A stretch of 64,000 bases of DNA from an uncultured virus (IMG/VR IMGVR_UViG_3300045969_000082) (IMGVR_UViG_3300045969_000082); one strand, 5' to 3'. Shown: positions 1 to 10,400, counted from the stretch's first letter. Numbers and translations are program-made. The notes: generated from the sequence alone by a model not told the origin.

Positions 1-897
1 ATGAGCGCAGGCAAGCCGAAGTTCCGCGATCCGATCAAGCCGGTCCGCATCGAGGTCGCGGGCAAGAAGCGGCGTTTCGACATCGACGATCCCGACCTGC
101 CGGGCTGGGTCGAGGACAAGGAGCTTTCCGCCGGCGGCTACCCCTATGACAAGCGCATGAAGCGCGACGATTACGAAGAGACGCTGGAGCGCTTCCAGAT
201 CGAGCTGGTGAAGCTGCAATACTGGCTGCAGGCCACCGGCGAGCGGGTGATGGTGGTGTTCGAGGGCCGCGACGCTGCCGGCAAGGGCGGCACCATCTTC
301 GTCACGCGGCAATATATGAACCCGCGCACCGCGCGCAACGTCGCCCTGCCCAAGCCCACCGAGACCGAGCGCGGGCAATGGTATTTCCAGCGCTACGTCG
401 CCCATTTCCCCACCGCCGGCGAGTTCGTCACCTTCGACCGCTCATGGTACAACCGCGCCGGCGTCGAGCCGGTGATGGGCTTCTGCACTCGCCAAGAGCA
501 CGAGCTCTTCCTCGAACAGGCGCCGCATTTCGAGAAGGGCGTCGTCGCCGACGGCATCAGGCTGTTCAAGTTCTGGCTCGCCATCGGCCAGGAGACGCAG
601 CTGAAGCGGTTTCACGACCGGCGGCACGACCCCCTGAAGACGTGGAAATTCTCGCCGATGGACATTGCCGGCATCGAGAAATGGGACGACTACACCAAGG
701 CGCGCGACCTGATGCTGGAGCGAACCCATAGCGAGCACGCGCCGTGGACGGTCATTCTCGCCAACGACAAAAGGCGGGCGCGGCTGGCCGCCATCCGCCG
801 GCTGCTCCTGTCGATCCCCTATGAGGGGCGCGACATGGACGTCATCGGCGAGGAGGACGGCAAAGTCATCTCCACGCCGACGGAGGCCATTCGCTGA
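1..897 (+). CDS. ppk2: Polyphosphate kinase 2
   Basis: Walker [36 protein letters not shown] and ANDKRRARL motifs of PPK2. Confidence 0.95.
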   Translation: MSAGKPKFRDPIKPVRIEVAGKKRRFDIDDPDLPGWVEDKELSAGGYPYDKRMKRDDYEETLERFQIELVKLQYWLQATGERVMVVFEGRDAAGKGGTIFVTRQYMNPRTARNVALPKPTETERGQWYFQRYVAHFPTAGEFVTFDRSWYNRAGVEPVMGFCTRQEHELFLEQAPHFEKGVVADGIRLFKFWLAIGQETQLKRFHDRRHDPLKTWKFSPMDIAGIEKWDDYTKARDLMLERTHSEHAPWTVILANDKRRARLAAIRRLLLSIPYEGRDMDVIGEEDGKVISTPTEAIR

Positions 898-967
898 AGG
901 GCCCAAGCCCTTGAATAATAAATAACAACACCCATATTGATGAAATAACGATATGGAGTGCGAATAT

Positions 968-1123
968 ATGTCGAAGCCGGAGCCGCAGAAACAGGAAAGC
1001 AAAGCCGAACGCACGGATCGCATCGCCCGCGAGATCATCTCGTCGGATCGCAGCTCGCGGGACCGCAAGACTGCCCGCCTGCGCGAGATGCGGCTGAGAG
1101 CCGAGCGCGTGGTCGGCGCGTAA
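968..1123 (+). CDS. Small basic protein (51 aa, KTARLREMRL type)
   Basis: Hand-translated MSKPEPQKQESKAERTDRIAREIISSDRSSRDRKTARLREMRLRAERVVGA; GGAG upstream; below ORF-track cutoff. Confidence 0.6.
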   Translation: MSKPEPQKQESKAERTDRIAREIISSDRSSRDRKTARLREMRLRAERVVGA

Positions 1124-1203
1124 TTCCGTTTTCGACCGCCTTCGACCAGGAGGTCTTGTGGCGAGGGCTTGTATCCCGGCCCTGCCCTCCCTATATCAAC
1201 CCC

Positions 1204-1362
1204 ATGCGCTTCCCGGAGCTACGGATGTACTAGCACGGTGAAGCATCGTGGTCGGCCCCTTCTCGGCCGGCCCTATCCCCGGTCCCGATCAGCCCTGCCG
1301 CCGCTCCGCCCTCACGGGCGTCGAGCGGGCTGGCGGCGGCGCTCGGGGCCGGGGGCATTTTT
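1204..1362 (+). promoter_or_regulatory. Putative leader peptide (MRFPELRMY) plus long GC hairpin with U-tract, attenuator-like
   Basis: uORF 1204-1233; CCCCGGTCCCGA (1277) pairs with TCGGGGCCGGGG (1343-1354), followed by TTTTT. Confidence 0.45.
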
Positions 1363-1455
1363 CCAGACAGCTTCCGGACGCACAGCAGGCGTAGCCGCTT
1401 CTTGCCGCTTCATGCCATGTATGATTATTTTCCCGCGCGGTCGGGAGAGGCATAG

Positions 1456-2070
1456 ATGGCGCGGCGCGGCGATGAACTGTTCAATCCGGCGACACGGACC
1501 CGGATCGTGTTTCTGTCGGTTCCGGCCGACAATGGCGGGCGCGAACTGACTGTCGACTGGTTCGTTCCGCCGGGCGAGACGCTGCCGGCCGCCGCCCACT
1601 ACCATGCCGGGCCGCCGGGCGAGGTGGCGGAGCGGTTCGAGGTCATTGCAGGAACCGCCTCGCTGAAGGTCGGCGGCAGGACGGTGAAGCTGACCGCGCC
1701 CGACGGCGTCGACATCGGCTTCAACCAGTTGCACACGCATCCGGCCAATACCGGCGACAGCGAGCTTCACGTCAGGCAGATCGGCCTGCGCGAGACGCCG
1801 GAACCGGAGATGTTCGACCGGATCGAGCGTTTCTTCGAGACGCTGATCGCGCTGTCGCAGCAGGGCAAGGCCAACCGGAAGGGCGACATCACCAACCCGC
1901 TTCAGGCGGCGCTGACCGTCAACGACCTGCTTCTCGATCCCACCTTCCTGCCGGCCGCGCCGAAAGGGTTTCAGCGATTCGTCTTCGCGTCGGTTGCGGC
2001 GCTGGCAAGGCGGCTCGGCTATCGCGCCTATCACAGCCCCTCCCTCTCGCCGGGGCAGGAACCGTTATAG
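1456..2070 (+). CDS. Cupin-domain protein
   Basis: HYH...ERFEVIAG and H-T-H-P-A-N cupin motifs; GGGAGAGG RBS. Confidence 0.75.
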   Translation: MARRGDELFNPATRTRIVFLSVPADNGGRELTVDWFVPPGETLPAAAHYHAGPPGEVAERFEVIAGTASLKVGGRTVKLTAPDGVDIGFNQLHTHPANTGDSELHVRQIGLRETPEPEMFDRIERFFETLIALSQQGKANRKGDITNPLQAALTVNDLLLDPTFLPAAPKGFQRFVFASVAALARRLGYRAYHSPSLSPGQEPL

Positions 2071-2132
2071 TTTTGACACTACGCGCGCCGTAATCGAAAA
2101 GTCATCTATATTTCAACATCTTATCACGGAAT

Positions 2133-2200
2133 CGGGCCGCACCTAACGGGGTAGCAAGGCCCATTGGTTTGATTGAGGTATTTCCTGCGCGGGCCGCACC
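2133..2200. repeat. 11-bp direct repeat CGGGCCGCACC, putative integrase arm-type sites near att
   Basis: Copies at 2133-2143 and 2190-2200 in a relatively AT-rich gap at the host/phage transition. Confidence 0.45.
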
Positions 2201-2479
2201 CTACCGCCCTCCCCTCGCCCGCTCATAAGCGTTCGCACTCGGCCTCAGGTTGGCATACATCGCCCGGCACTGATCGTAGACATAGGGTGAGTCGAGCTTG
2301 GCGCAGCCCTTCCGCTGGGCAATCTCTTTCAGCAAGATCGTCAGCGGCCTGTCCCCGCCAGCAGCCAGCATTGCAGCCTTGTCGAATTGCGCCCGCATCC
2401 CACACTTGTCGCAAGCGACGATGACCTTCGCTTCCGGGTAGGAGGATAGAGCCGCCGATCCTTTGAACTCGTTGGGCAT
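2201..2479 (-). CDS. Small phage Zn-ribbon protein
   Basis: MPNEFKG start; CDKC plus two later Cys; typical prophage-end gene. Confidence 0.6.
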   Translation of the reverse strand: MPNEFKGSAALSSYPEAKVIVACDKCGMRAQFDKAAMLAAGGDRPLTILLKEIAQRKGCAKLDSPYVYDQCRAMYANLRPSANAYERARGGR

Positions 2480-2510
2480 GTAGGCAGGATAGCGCCGGGC
2501 CTGAAGAGAG

Positions 2511-2540
2511 AAAAGCCCCGCCACCTTTCGGCAGCGGGGC
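2511..2540 (-). terminator. Intrinsic terminator
   Basis: AAAAGCCCCG...CGGGGC hairpin with U-tract on the minus strand. Confidence 0.55.
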
Positions 2541-2869
2541 GCTTGTAACTGAGGTGGAAAGGCGGCAGGATCAGAAGGAATAGGAGCGCGTGAAGGCGAC
2601 GGGCCACAGCCAAAGGAGGCTAACCTATGAAGCTCCACCAACGCGGCGTCGATCTTCTCCTCAACATTCAGGATGCGATGCAGCATCCAGAGGCGCTTTC
2701 TGCCAAGGATGTCCGCGACCTCCTGGCGGAGATGGATGATGGTTCCGGCGGGGTTTCTTCTTGCACAAGGGAACCTTTACCGAAATGAGCGGTTACCGAA
2801 ATGGCGATATCCTTCGCCTCTCCGGGTAGAATAGTCCGGAAGCGCCGGCGCGGCGCAGAAAGACACCCC

Positions 2870-2983
2870 ATGAAATATGTCCAACGAGTAAAAATGCCTC
2901 CTCTGTTCTGGACTGTGGGCGGGGCAGCCCTCGTAGCTATAATATATTTCGCCTGGCTGATCGGAAGCCATATGACATGGTAA
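2870..2983 (+). CDS. Small single-TM peptide (moron)
   Basis: MKYVQRVKMPPLFWTVGGAALVAIIYFAWLIG; terminator follows. Confidence 0.4.
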   Translation: MKYVQRVKMPPLFWTVGGAALVAIIYFAWLIGSHMTW

Positions 2984-3020
2984 CCTAAAGGACAGGCATT
3001 GCCCCCTTGTAACGCGATGG

Positions 3021-3046
3021 CCCCGCCCAAACTGGCGGGGTTTTTT
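3021..3046 (+). terminator. Intrinsic terminator
   Basis: CCCCGCC-CAAACT-GGCGGGG-TTTTTT. Confidence 0.75.
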
Positions 3047-3162
3047 CATGATTCGCTTATCCGGTGACAATGGCGTATACTGCGATATCGGCAGTTTCTG
3101 ACAAGGGCACTGCCGGGTGAGGGCCTTGGAATCCTTAGCCCCAACAGAGAAAGGAGGACGCC

Positions 3163-3453
3163 ATGTCCTCCATCCACCAGCAGCATCTTACTCCAGCGAA
3201 CATGACAATGATCGAGACGGCGCTTGCACGGGTCCGGGCGCTGTACAACCTGAAACCGGGCTCCGATGAGGAACTCCACGTCGCCGCCGTCATGGTCGGC
3301 GAGTTCCAGATCGGCAATGCGACCGAGACCGGCCTGTACAATGTCTTCCTCGGGCCAACAGATACGGCCATGCATTTCCGACGAAAGCAGCAGATGCGCC
3401 TGGCTCTCCAGCGATGGGAAGATGAAGGCGGAGCAACGCTGTTGGCGGCATAG
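3163..3453 (+). CDS. Hypothetical moron protein
   Basis: Strong AAGGAGG RBS; 96-aa ORF opposite the lysis genes. Confidence 0.65.
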   Translation: MSSIHQQHLTPANMTMIETALARVRALYNLKPGSDEELHVAAVMVGEFQIGNATETGLYNVFLGPTDTAMHFRRKQQMRLALQRWEDEGGATLLAA

Positions 3454-3466
3454 CCCGGCGACATAC

Positions 3467-3793
3467 TCAACCTCCCGTCAGCAGCGCCCACAGTTTCTTG
3501 CCGAACGTCGCCAACAACCCGCCAAAGGACGCCGCCGCGAAGCTGATGAGCATGATCGCGCCGACGCCGCGCTCACGCCAGCGCGAGAACTCGGCAACCG
3601 GCTCCTCGACCTTTTCAAGCCGCTTGTCGATGCCGTCCACCTTGGTCTCGGTCGCCTCTACCTTGCGGTCGAGTTGATCCAGCTTTTCATACTGTACCTT
3701 TCGCGCCTGCGCGGCCTTCTCTTGCTCGGCAATGATGAGGTCGAGCTTGCCCTCGATCCTGCCGATGGCCCTGTCCTGGCTCGCGTCGCTCAT
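3467..3793 (-). CDS. Coiled-coil plus C-terminal TM lysis protein (DUF1515-like holin/antiholin candidate)
   Basis: AIGRIEGKLD coiled coil, terminal TM helix, end of lysis cassette. Confidence 0.6.
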   Translation of the reverse strand: MSDASQDRAIGRIEGKLDLIIAEQEKAAQARKVQYEKLDQLDRKVEATETKVDGIDKRLEKVEEPVAEFSRWRERGVGAIMLISFAAASFGGLLATFGKKLWALLTGG

Positions 3794-3975
3794 TTCCAGC
3801 ACCCCCGCTTGGTTCCGAACGTGTTGTGCGCCGCGACCTGTTCGGCAAAGGGCCGATCCTGCGCGATGACAAAGGCGCGCGTCTCAGCCGAGGGCGTCAG
3901 CTTGCGCCAGCCGTCGCACTCACTGGCAGGAACCGTCTGCGAACACCCCGTCAAGAGCAACGCAAAGAGAGGCAT
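3790..3975 (-). CDS. o-spanin (Rz1-like lipoprotein)
   Basis: Lipobox LLTGC; overlaps the i-spanin in another frame; C-terminal Cys. Confidence 0.7.
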   Translation of the reverse strand: MPLFALLLTGCSQTVPASECDGWRKLTPSAETRAFVIAQDRPFAEQVAAHNTFGTKRGCWK

Positions 3976-4168
3976 CGTCCAGATTGCGGATCTCATCATC
4001 GGTCGTGTTCCTTTCGCGCAAGATTTCGACGGAGCGGTTGAGGATGGCCGTTCGCTCGGTCGTGCGGCCGGCCTGATAAGCGGAGTTGACCGCCCATGTG
4101 GCGATGAGGGCAGCGGCAACGATGCCGATCATTGCAGCGCCGGTGCGGGAGAAGAGGAAGCTGATCAT
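3920..4168 (-). CDS. i-spanin (Rz-like)
   Basis: N-terminal TM, helical periplasmic part, C-terminal Cys pair. Confidence 0.65.
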   Translation of the reverse strand: MISFLFSRTGAAMIGIVAAALIATWAVNSAYQAGRTTERTAILNRSVEILRERNTTDDEIRNLDDASLCVALDGVFADGSCQ

Positions 4169-4377
4169 GACAGCAACGCCCAAGCCAGCCACGCGATGAC
4201 CGACAGAAGAAGCGCGACGAGGTAGCCGCCTATTTCCATCAGCGCGCCGCCCGCATCGGGGAACATGCTGCCCTGTAAAGGCCGCATGCGGACGCCGAAC
4301 AGTCTCCACGCAAGGAGAATGGCGACAGTGAAGATGGCCGGTGCGAGCCACCAGCCGAGGGAAACTGTGAAAGTCAT
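4165..4377 (-). CDS. Two-TM protein, holin candidate
   Basis: Two hydrophobic helices; translationally coupled to the endolysin. Confidence 0.5.
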   Translation of the reverse strand: MTFTVSLGWWLAPAIFTVAILLAWRLFGVRMRPLQGSMFPDAGGALMEIGGYLVALLLSVIAWLAWALLS

Positions 4378-5183
4378 CACGCCAGCCCTTCCCTGATCTC
4401 CTTCACGGCACCGACGATCTGCCGGCGCAGAAGCAGAATGATGAGCAGCATCACGACGAGCACCGCGCCGCCGGCAAGAACCGCCTGCCAGTCCATGCCG
4501 GCGAGCCAGCCGAGGCCGAGGCCGCCCGAGCCGACAAGGCCGGTGAGCCACGACCAGCGGGAGGACTTGCTTTCGACCTCCTGCTCGACGGCCGGCGGCA
4601 CGACAGGCTTTTCAACGGAGACCGGCACTTCCTTGACCGGCTGCCCCTCGGCATGCCGTTTGCGGACATGGGCCAGCACCGCCCTCACCTGCGCCGGCGT
4701 TGCCGCCGACCGCTGGCCGCTGTAATAGCCGCCACCATCGGGCTTCGGCAGGCTCGCCCATTCTTGAGCCAGGTTGAGCATCAGCGTGTCCTCGCTCAGC
4801 CGGCCGGCCAGATATTTGTCGATACCGCGCTGGCCCAAGAGAAAGCACGCCATGCGGTCCTGCATGTCGGCGTCGAACTTCTCCGCGCCCGTCAGGTTCA
4901 AGGTCTTGCGGATCGAACGCAGCGTCGTGCGAACGATCTGGTATCGGCCCACGGCCGAGCTGTTCCAGACATTCTCCTTGTGCTGGAGCATCCGCGTCTG
5001 GAGCGCATCGATCTGGGTGAGCGTCATCGAGACCAGATCGACCGGGCCGCCGGTCAGCCGGCCATAGGCCAAGGTCTCGTCATAGCCGCGACCCTTGTCG
5101 GTTCCTTCCGTCAGGCCGATCAGGTCAAGGAGCGGGCGATACACATAATAGCGGTCGCCCGCGCGGTTCTGCGCGTTCGTCAT
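4377..5183 (-). CDS. Endolysin, lambda-R-like lysozyme fold with C-terminal TM helices
   Basis: LLDLIGLTEG, SSAVGRYQI, QDRMA and EWASLP motifs. Confidence 0.85.
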   Translation of the reverse strand: MTNAQNRAGDRYYVYRPLLDLIGLTEGTDKGRGYDETLAYGRLTGGPVDLVSMTLTQIDALQTRMLQHKENVWNSSAVGRYQIVRTTLRSIRKTLNLTGAEKFDADMQDRMACFLLGQRGIDKYLAGRLSEDTLMLNLAQEWASLPKPDGGGYYSGQRSAATPAQVRAVLAHVRKRHAEGQPVKEVPVSVEKPVVPPAVEQEVESKSSRWSWLTGLVGSGGLGLGWLAGMDWQAVLAGGAVLVVMLLIILLLRRQIVGAVKEIREGLA

Positions 5184-5530
5184 AGCTGGTCTCCAGTTCT
5201 GGTGATGTGCGAAGGCCGCGTTGCCCGGCGGCAGGGTTTATGCTGAATAGCCCGAGGCGCGGCTTCCAAGGGCCGGCATGATCGTCTCAGGCCCTTCACC
5301 TATGATCATGCACCGCCGGGATATCTCCCCCCTGCGGTCGCCGTCCTTGGGTGGCCCAAAGCCATGCGCGAGGCGCAGCTTGCCCCCGGTCAGGTCTGGG
5401 CTATGATCGCCAGCGGTGAAGCTTTATCCCCTCACCATGCCGGCGCGCCGTACCCATGCCCCCCTATCGATCGGCGCGCCGGCGCTTCCTGATTCTCTCG
5501 GGCGGCCGTCCAAGCGGAAGGGAGTACGTT

Positions 5531-5977
5531 ATGACGCTCAAGATCTATCTCTCAGGCGAGATTCACACCGACTGGCGCAACCAGATCATCAAGGGTGCGA
5601 GCGATCTGGATATCAGTTTTTCCAGTCCGGTGACCGATCACGAGGCGAGTGACGATTGCGGCGTCGCGATCCTGGGCGCTGAGGACAGCAAGTTCTGGCA
5701 CGACCGCAAGGGCGCGCAGATCAACGCAATTCGCACCCGCCGCGGCATTGCCGAAGCCGATGTCGTGGTTGTCCGCTTCGGGGAGCAGTACAAGCAGTGG
5801 AATGCAGCTTTCGATGCGGGCGTTGCGTCAGCTTTGGGGAAATCGCTGATCGTGCTGCACGGGCCGGAACACCAGCACGCACTTAAAGAGATCGATGCTG
5901 CCGCCCTCGCGGTTGCGGAACATCCCGAACAGGTCGTCCAGATTCTGCGCTATGTTTTGACCGGCGCTCTCCCATAG
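5531..5977 (+). CDS. YtoQ-family nucleoside 2-deoxyribosyltransferase-like protein
   Basis: IYLSGEIHTDWR, RFGEQYKQWNAAFDAG and HALKEID motifs. Confidence 0.8.
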   Translation: MTLKIYLSGEIHTDWRNQIIKGASDLDISFSSPVTDHEASDDCGVAILGAEDSKFWHDRKGAQINAIRTRRGIAEADVVVVRFGEQYKQWNAAFDAGVASALGKSLIVLHGPEHQHALKEIDAAALAVAEHPEQVVQILRYVLTGALP

Positions 5978-6041
5978 CGCTGGCCGCTCCTATGAGCGGC
6001 TGGTTTGCTGGATGTTAGGGAGTTGCCCGCAAGCTCGCGGG

Positions 6042-6206
6042 ATGAGCGATAACGTCTACAAGTTCCGGCGGGTCAAATGGGGCGACCCGGTCAAGCTCAA
6101 GGTGCTGGCCGAGGATATTCGTGCCAAGCCCCGTGTTCCCATCTACTTCGCCCTGATCGTGGCCGGCGTCTTCGCTGCTGCGTTCGCCATTACGTTCTAT
6201 TCGTGA
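6042..6206 (+). CDS. Small membrane protein
   Basis: MSDNVYKFRR then a C-terminal TM helix. Confidence 0.45.
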   Translation: MSDNVYKFRRVKWGDPVKLKVLAEDIRAKPRVPIYFALIVAGVFAAAFAITFYS

Positions 6207-6269
6207 CGGATTCGACAGGCCCCTGGTCGCGTGCTTCTATGCAGGCGGGAGAAATGGGGAGGGGGTCAG

Positions 6270-6899
6270 TTGCCACGGATAAAGCAGGGCCGACAGCAGC
6301 TAGAATACCATTTAGCTGAACAGATCGAATTTCTGAAAGCATCCGCCGAATCGTTTGATCGAGGGTTCGTAGGTGAAGCCAAAAGAATGGCGGCCTCGCT
6401 GAGAATCCTTCTTCATCAAACTGCGCGGTCAGATTCTTTGCTTGGGCTTTTGGGGATCCGGCAGCAGCCTTTTGTCGATGCCTGCTTCGAGTACGATCCG
6501 GAGAACCTGGCGGCAACTCACGGCTTGGTCGGCGTCATGGCGGATGGCACGGGAGCTAGATTCTACGCGGCACTCGATGACCATCCGCACATCAACAATC
6601 ATCTCCCATTCAGCAAGTGGTGGGAGAAAGTTGTCATCGCGGACTATACAAAACGCACTATTACCCGCCGTCAACTCGTACTCTTCGTCTCCAATCAAGA
6701 CGGCGGGGCCCATGTAGACGAGAAACTTGATAGAATATATTATGAACTAAAGAACAATCAAATACTTGGATATACATACAAAAATTCGTCAGGCGATAGC
6801 TCATACATCTCAGACCCTCAGATGCATTCATTAAGGCAGATTACTCATGAGGTTTTGAAAACACTTGTTCCAGAGTACGAGAAGCGTCCATCGTATTAG
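6270..6899 (+). CDS. Low-GC moron protein of unknown function
   Basis: Long ORF, AT-richer 3' half, NQDGGAHVD motif; TTG start inferred from GGGGAGG. Confidence 0.7.
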   Translation: MPRIKQGRQQLEYHLAEQIEFLKASAESFDRGFVGEAKRMAASLRILLHQTARSDSLLGLLGIRQQPFVDACFEYDPENLAATHGLVGVMADGTGARFYAALDDHPHINNHLPFSKWWEKVVIADYTKRTITRRQLVLFVSNQDGGAHVDEKLDRIYYELKNNQILGYTYKNSSGDSSYISDPQMHSLRQITHEVLKTLVPEYEKRPSY

Positions 6900-6947
6900 T
6901 ATGATTTGTTGCTTCTCAGGCGCGACTATCCGTTTTTGATCCTACGA

Positions 6948-7124
6948 TTATGCCTCACGAACAAACTGTTCGATCAATTTCAGCCGCTCCCGTCCGAAAT
7001 CCGCTCCGGTCGAGGTTTCCCACCAACCTTCAGGGTGGTCGGTTTCGGTGTGATCTATGCCGTTCAGTATGGCCCGCAGTTTCTCCAGCAGCGCCTCTTT
7101 GTCGGCATCGGGTATATTAGCCAT
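6948..7124 (-). CDS. Hypothetical small phage protein
   Basis: MANIPDADKE..., GWWETSTGADFG. Confidence 0.5.
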   Translation of the reverse strand: MANIPDADKEALLEKLRAILNGIDHTETDHPEGWWETSTGADFGRERLKLIEQFVREA

Positions 7125-7171
7125 CGCCTTGCCCACCCCTCACCAGATGTGCCAGCGGGCTCACCGGCCCC

Positions 7172-7411
7172 TCACCCCCGCGGGTCCGGCACGTCGCCAC
7201 GCTCGCCTCGATCTGGGCGTTGCGCCTCATAGTCATCGCAAGCGGCGATGAAGGCTGCGAGCAGGTTCTCTCTCGCGGCGGCGCGGAAGGAAACTCTCGG
7301 CGCAACTCCGATCAGTTCGCCGTGCCACGGCTTTTCGGCTTCGTCGTCCTCGTCAGGTGAGAATGAGCAAGTCGCCTCATAATCCTTGAACGTCAGCACG
7401 AATGTGTCCAT
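7172..7411 (-). CDS. HicB-like antitoxin N-terminal domain (orphan)
   Basis: FKDYEA...WHGELIG...VSF...LLAAF..ACDDY matches the HicB N-domain pattern; coupled to the tail fibre stop. Confidence 0.55.
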   Translation of the reverse strand: MDTFVLTFKDYEATCSFSPDEDDEAEKPWHGELIGVAPRVSFRAAARENLLAAFIAACDDYEAQRPDRGERGDVPDPRG

Positions 7412-10400
7412 CAGTCGTCTTCTCCCGGTATGTCCATTTGCCACGCGATCAGATCGACAAGTTCCTGCGGCGTCGGCGCCCACGGCCCGAACGCGAGGTG
7501 ATAGAAGTCGAAGTGGCTGTTGAGCCCGCCGCTCACCGCCCCGCCCAGCGAGACCATGGGGCGATCGCTGGAGGTCAGGCCCGGCGTCTGCCAGATCGGC
7601 GCGACGGAAACGAGATCGCCGTCCTTGTAGAGCCGCGCGTGGCCGGCCTGATAATCAACGATCGCGGTGAGGACGAACTTCTCGGATATCTCGAAATCGG
7701 CCGCCAGCACCTGCAACGAATCGGCGTTGAGGCGGCGGCCGCCGAGGTGCGGCTGGAGCGTCTGGTTGTAGAGCCCGAGCAGCAATCGTGCTGAGGTCGA
7801 CGTCTCCGTGATCGATGTCACAAAGAAACCGTTCGTCGAGGCGAGATTGACGGTCTCGTGCGGCAGCACGACGATCGACGCGAACGCCTGACCCACCGAC
7901 GCCATGATGTCGCGCTGGCTTTCGGGGAACAGATAGAGCCGGTCGGAGCCGTTGAACTCCAGCCACTCGGCCGTGCCGCTCGCGCGATAGGTCGGGTTGG
8001 GCGCGGCGAACGTGTTGGAGAAGCGGTTGATGTCGGCATGATCGTACATCATCTCGACAGTCTGGCCGGGGGCCGTCACAGGGATGCCGCCGGCGACCTG
8101 CCGAAGCAGTTTGCTGGCTGTCGGGCGGTAGGAGCCGCCCGACCGCGCGACGAAGAGATTGGCGGGATCGAAGCCCGGCGTCGGCGACGGCACGGCGACG
8201 ATCGTCACCGGGTCGGTATAGGCGGTGGTCTCGCCGGCGGCGTTGGTGAGCGTCACTGCGCAGCGGATGACGCTGCCGTTCGACGCTCCGGCATAGCTGG
8301 GTCCGGTCTCGTTCTCGATGTCCTGCCAGCCGCCACTGTCGATCTGCCACTGCCGGCTCAATGCCCCGAGCGGAGAGCCCGTCCACCCGCCTTCCGAGCA
8401 CCACAACGACCGGCCGGAAAACGGCTCGCCGATGATCTTCGGCAATACGGCGTTGACCGGCGGCGAAGGTGGCGGAATGTGGCCCTGCCGTATTGTGTCG
8501 TCGAGAGCCCACGCACCGTGCCGGCCGGCGTCGCGCCATTCTTCGGGGCCGAAATCGATGCCGTATTTATGCTCGAACACCATCACGAGGTAGGGCGTGC
8601 CGAACTGCCGTGCGGCATAGGACATGGTGTAGGCGGAGGTGAAGGTCGGATACAACTGATCAACGTCATGGTGAGCGGCGAAGTTCGATAGGAACGGCTG
8701 GCGCGCAGTCTCGGCCGAGATGTCGGCGCGATACCAGAAGCCCATGCCGCCCGTCGCGCGCCAGCCATGAAAGTCCAGCGCCACGTCCACCTGCGGCGGC
8801 AGGTCGATGGCGAACGCGTCCTGATAGATCGTACGAAGCTCGCTGTCGTCGTTCGGGTCCGGATCGTACCAGATGCGATTGCAGTCACTGTCGGTCTCGA
8901 CATCGACGCGGGTCTCGCCGGCGTGAAGCCCCTGCGCGTTGACGCGCGGATAGACGAAGAAGGTGCAGTCGCGGCGCAGGCGCTGCGCCCGCGCCGAGAC
9001 GCCGAGGATCGTCTCCACGAAGCCCTCGAACATGTAGTGGCCGACGAACTCGTCCTGATGAATGCCGCTGGTGAGCAGCACCTTGCGCGGCCCGGTGCCG
9101 ACGCAGAAGGCGTGGCTGTCGATGTCCGGCACGCTGCGTCCGTTGGTGCAGACGCGCGCCGAGACGGTGCCGATCCGGTAGCCGTCGATCGCCGAAGGCG
9201 TCGGCCGCGTCAGCGGATGGCCCAGCCACTCTTTGATCTTGTCGTCATACCGCTCGACGGTGTAGCGCGGCGCGGTGGCGAGATAGATGGTGTCGCTGGC
9301 GAACGGCGCGTCATTCGACAGTTCGAAGCGGTTGTTCGGCGTGTCGAAATCCTCATTGTCAAACCGATACCATGGGCCCTTGGGGTCCACCGCCCAGCAG
9401 ATGCGCCACTGGCTGTAGTTGTAGTTGCCGGGCGACCGCCGCAGGAGGAAGATTGTCGGGCTCTTGCCCGCAACGCCGCGCAACCGCGCCATGAAGGTGC
9501 GCCGGCCCCATCCGGGCGTAGTGATCGGTTCGCGCTCGGCGAGATACACCCAGCTCTGATCGCCCGCGATGGCCGACGAAGGATCATAATCGCCGCCGTC
9601 GAAGTCCCGATCCAGCGTCACATCGCCGAAAGAGACGAACTCTGGCAAATCGTCGCGATGCACGAACTTCTGACCCGGCGTCGCATCGGACAGGTAGTAA
9701 TAGTCATGCGCCTGCCGCTGTTCCGGCGACAGCGCGGTGGCCTCGGCGACAGTAAGCCTGCGCGGAACGACGATGTCGAATTCCTCGCGAAACACCTTCG
9801 CCGCGATGACGCGGTCGGTCTCAATCGACCCTGCACCCGAACCGCCGGCACCGCCCGCCGCCTCCAGATCGGCGACGCGCCCCACCAGCCCGGCGATCTC
9901 GGAGGAAAGCCGCTCCTTCGGCAGGCACAGAAAAACCATCGGATCGGTCATGTAGATGCGAGACGCCTCGGCCGTCGCATCCTTGACGTGGATGACCCGC
10001 CCGCACCGCGCGGTCGCAGGCGCGATGCCGACCCGCGCCGAGCAGGGCACCTCGCCGGCACTGGCGCCGGAGCGCACGCCAAGCTCGACAGGATCGCCCA
10101 CCGGCACAGTACCGGCCGGGTCGGAATACCATTGCCATGCTGCCGACATCGACACCGCCGTTGACCCGGCATACCAGCCCAGACGCGTGCTCACCCAATA
10201 TTCCTGCCCAGCCTCCACCGGCGTCGGCGCATGCGTCACCTCGATTCTCGCCGTCGATAGTTCGGTGGCGAGCAGATACTCGGCGACGCGGGTGGCGTTG
10301 GCTACGCCCCGCGCGATGCTGCCGCCGACCGTCGAATACAGAGAAATGCTCGTGCAGTTCGGGTCAGGATGCAGGTTCGGCCCCAGCAACCCGCGCCCGA

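Noticed and set aside
2070..2130. Exact att core
   Set aside because: The partner att site and integrase are outside the window, so the core cannot be defined
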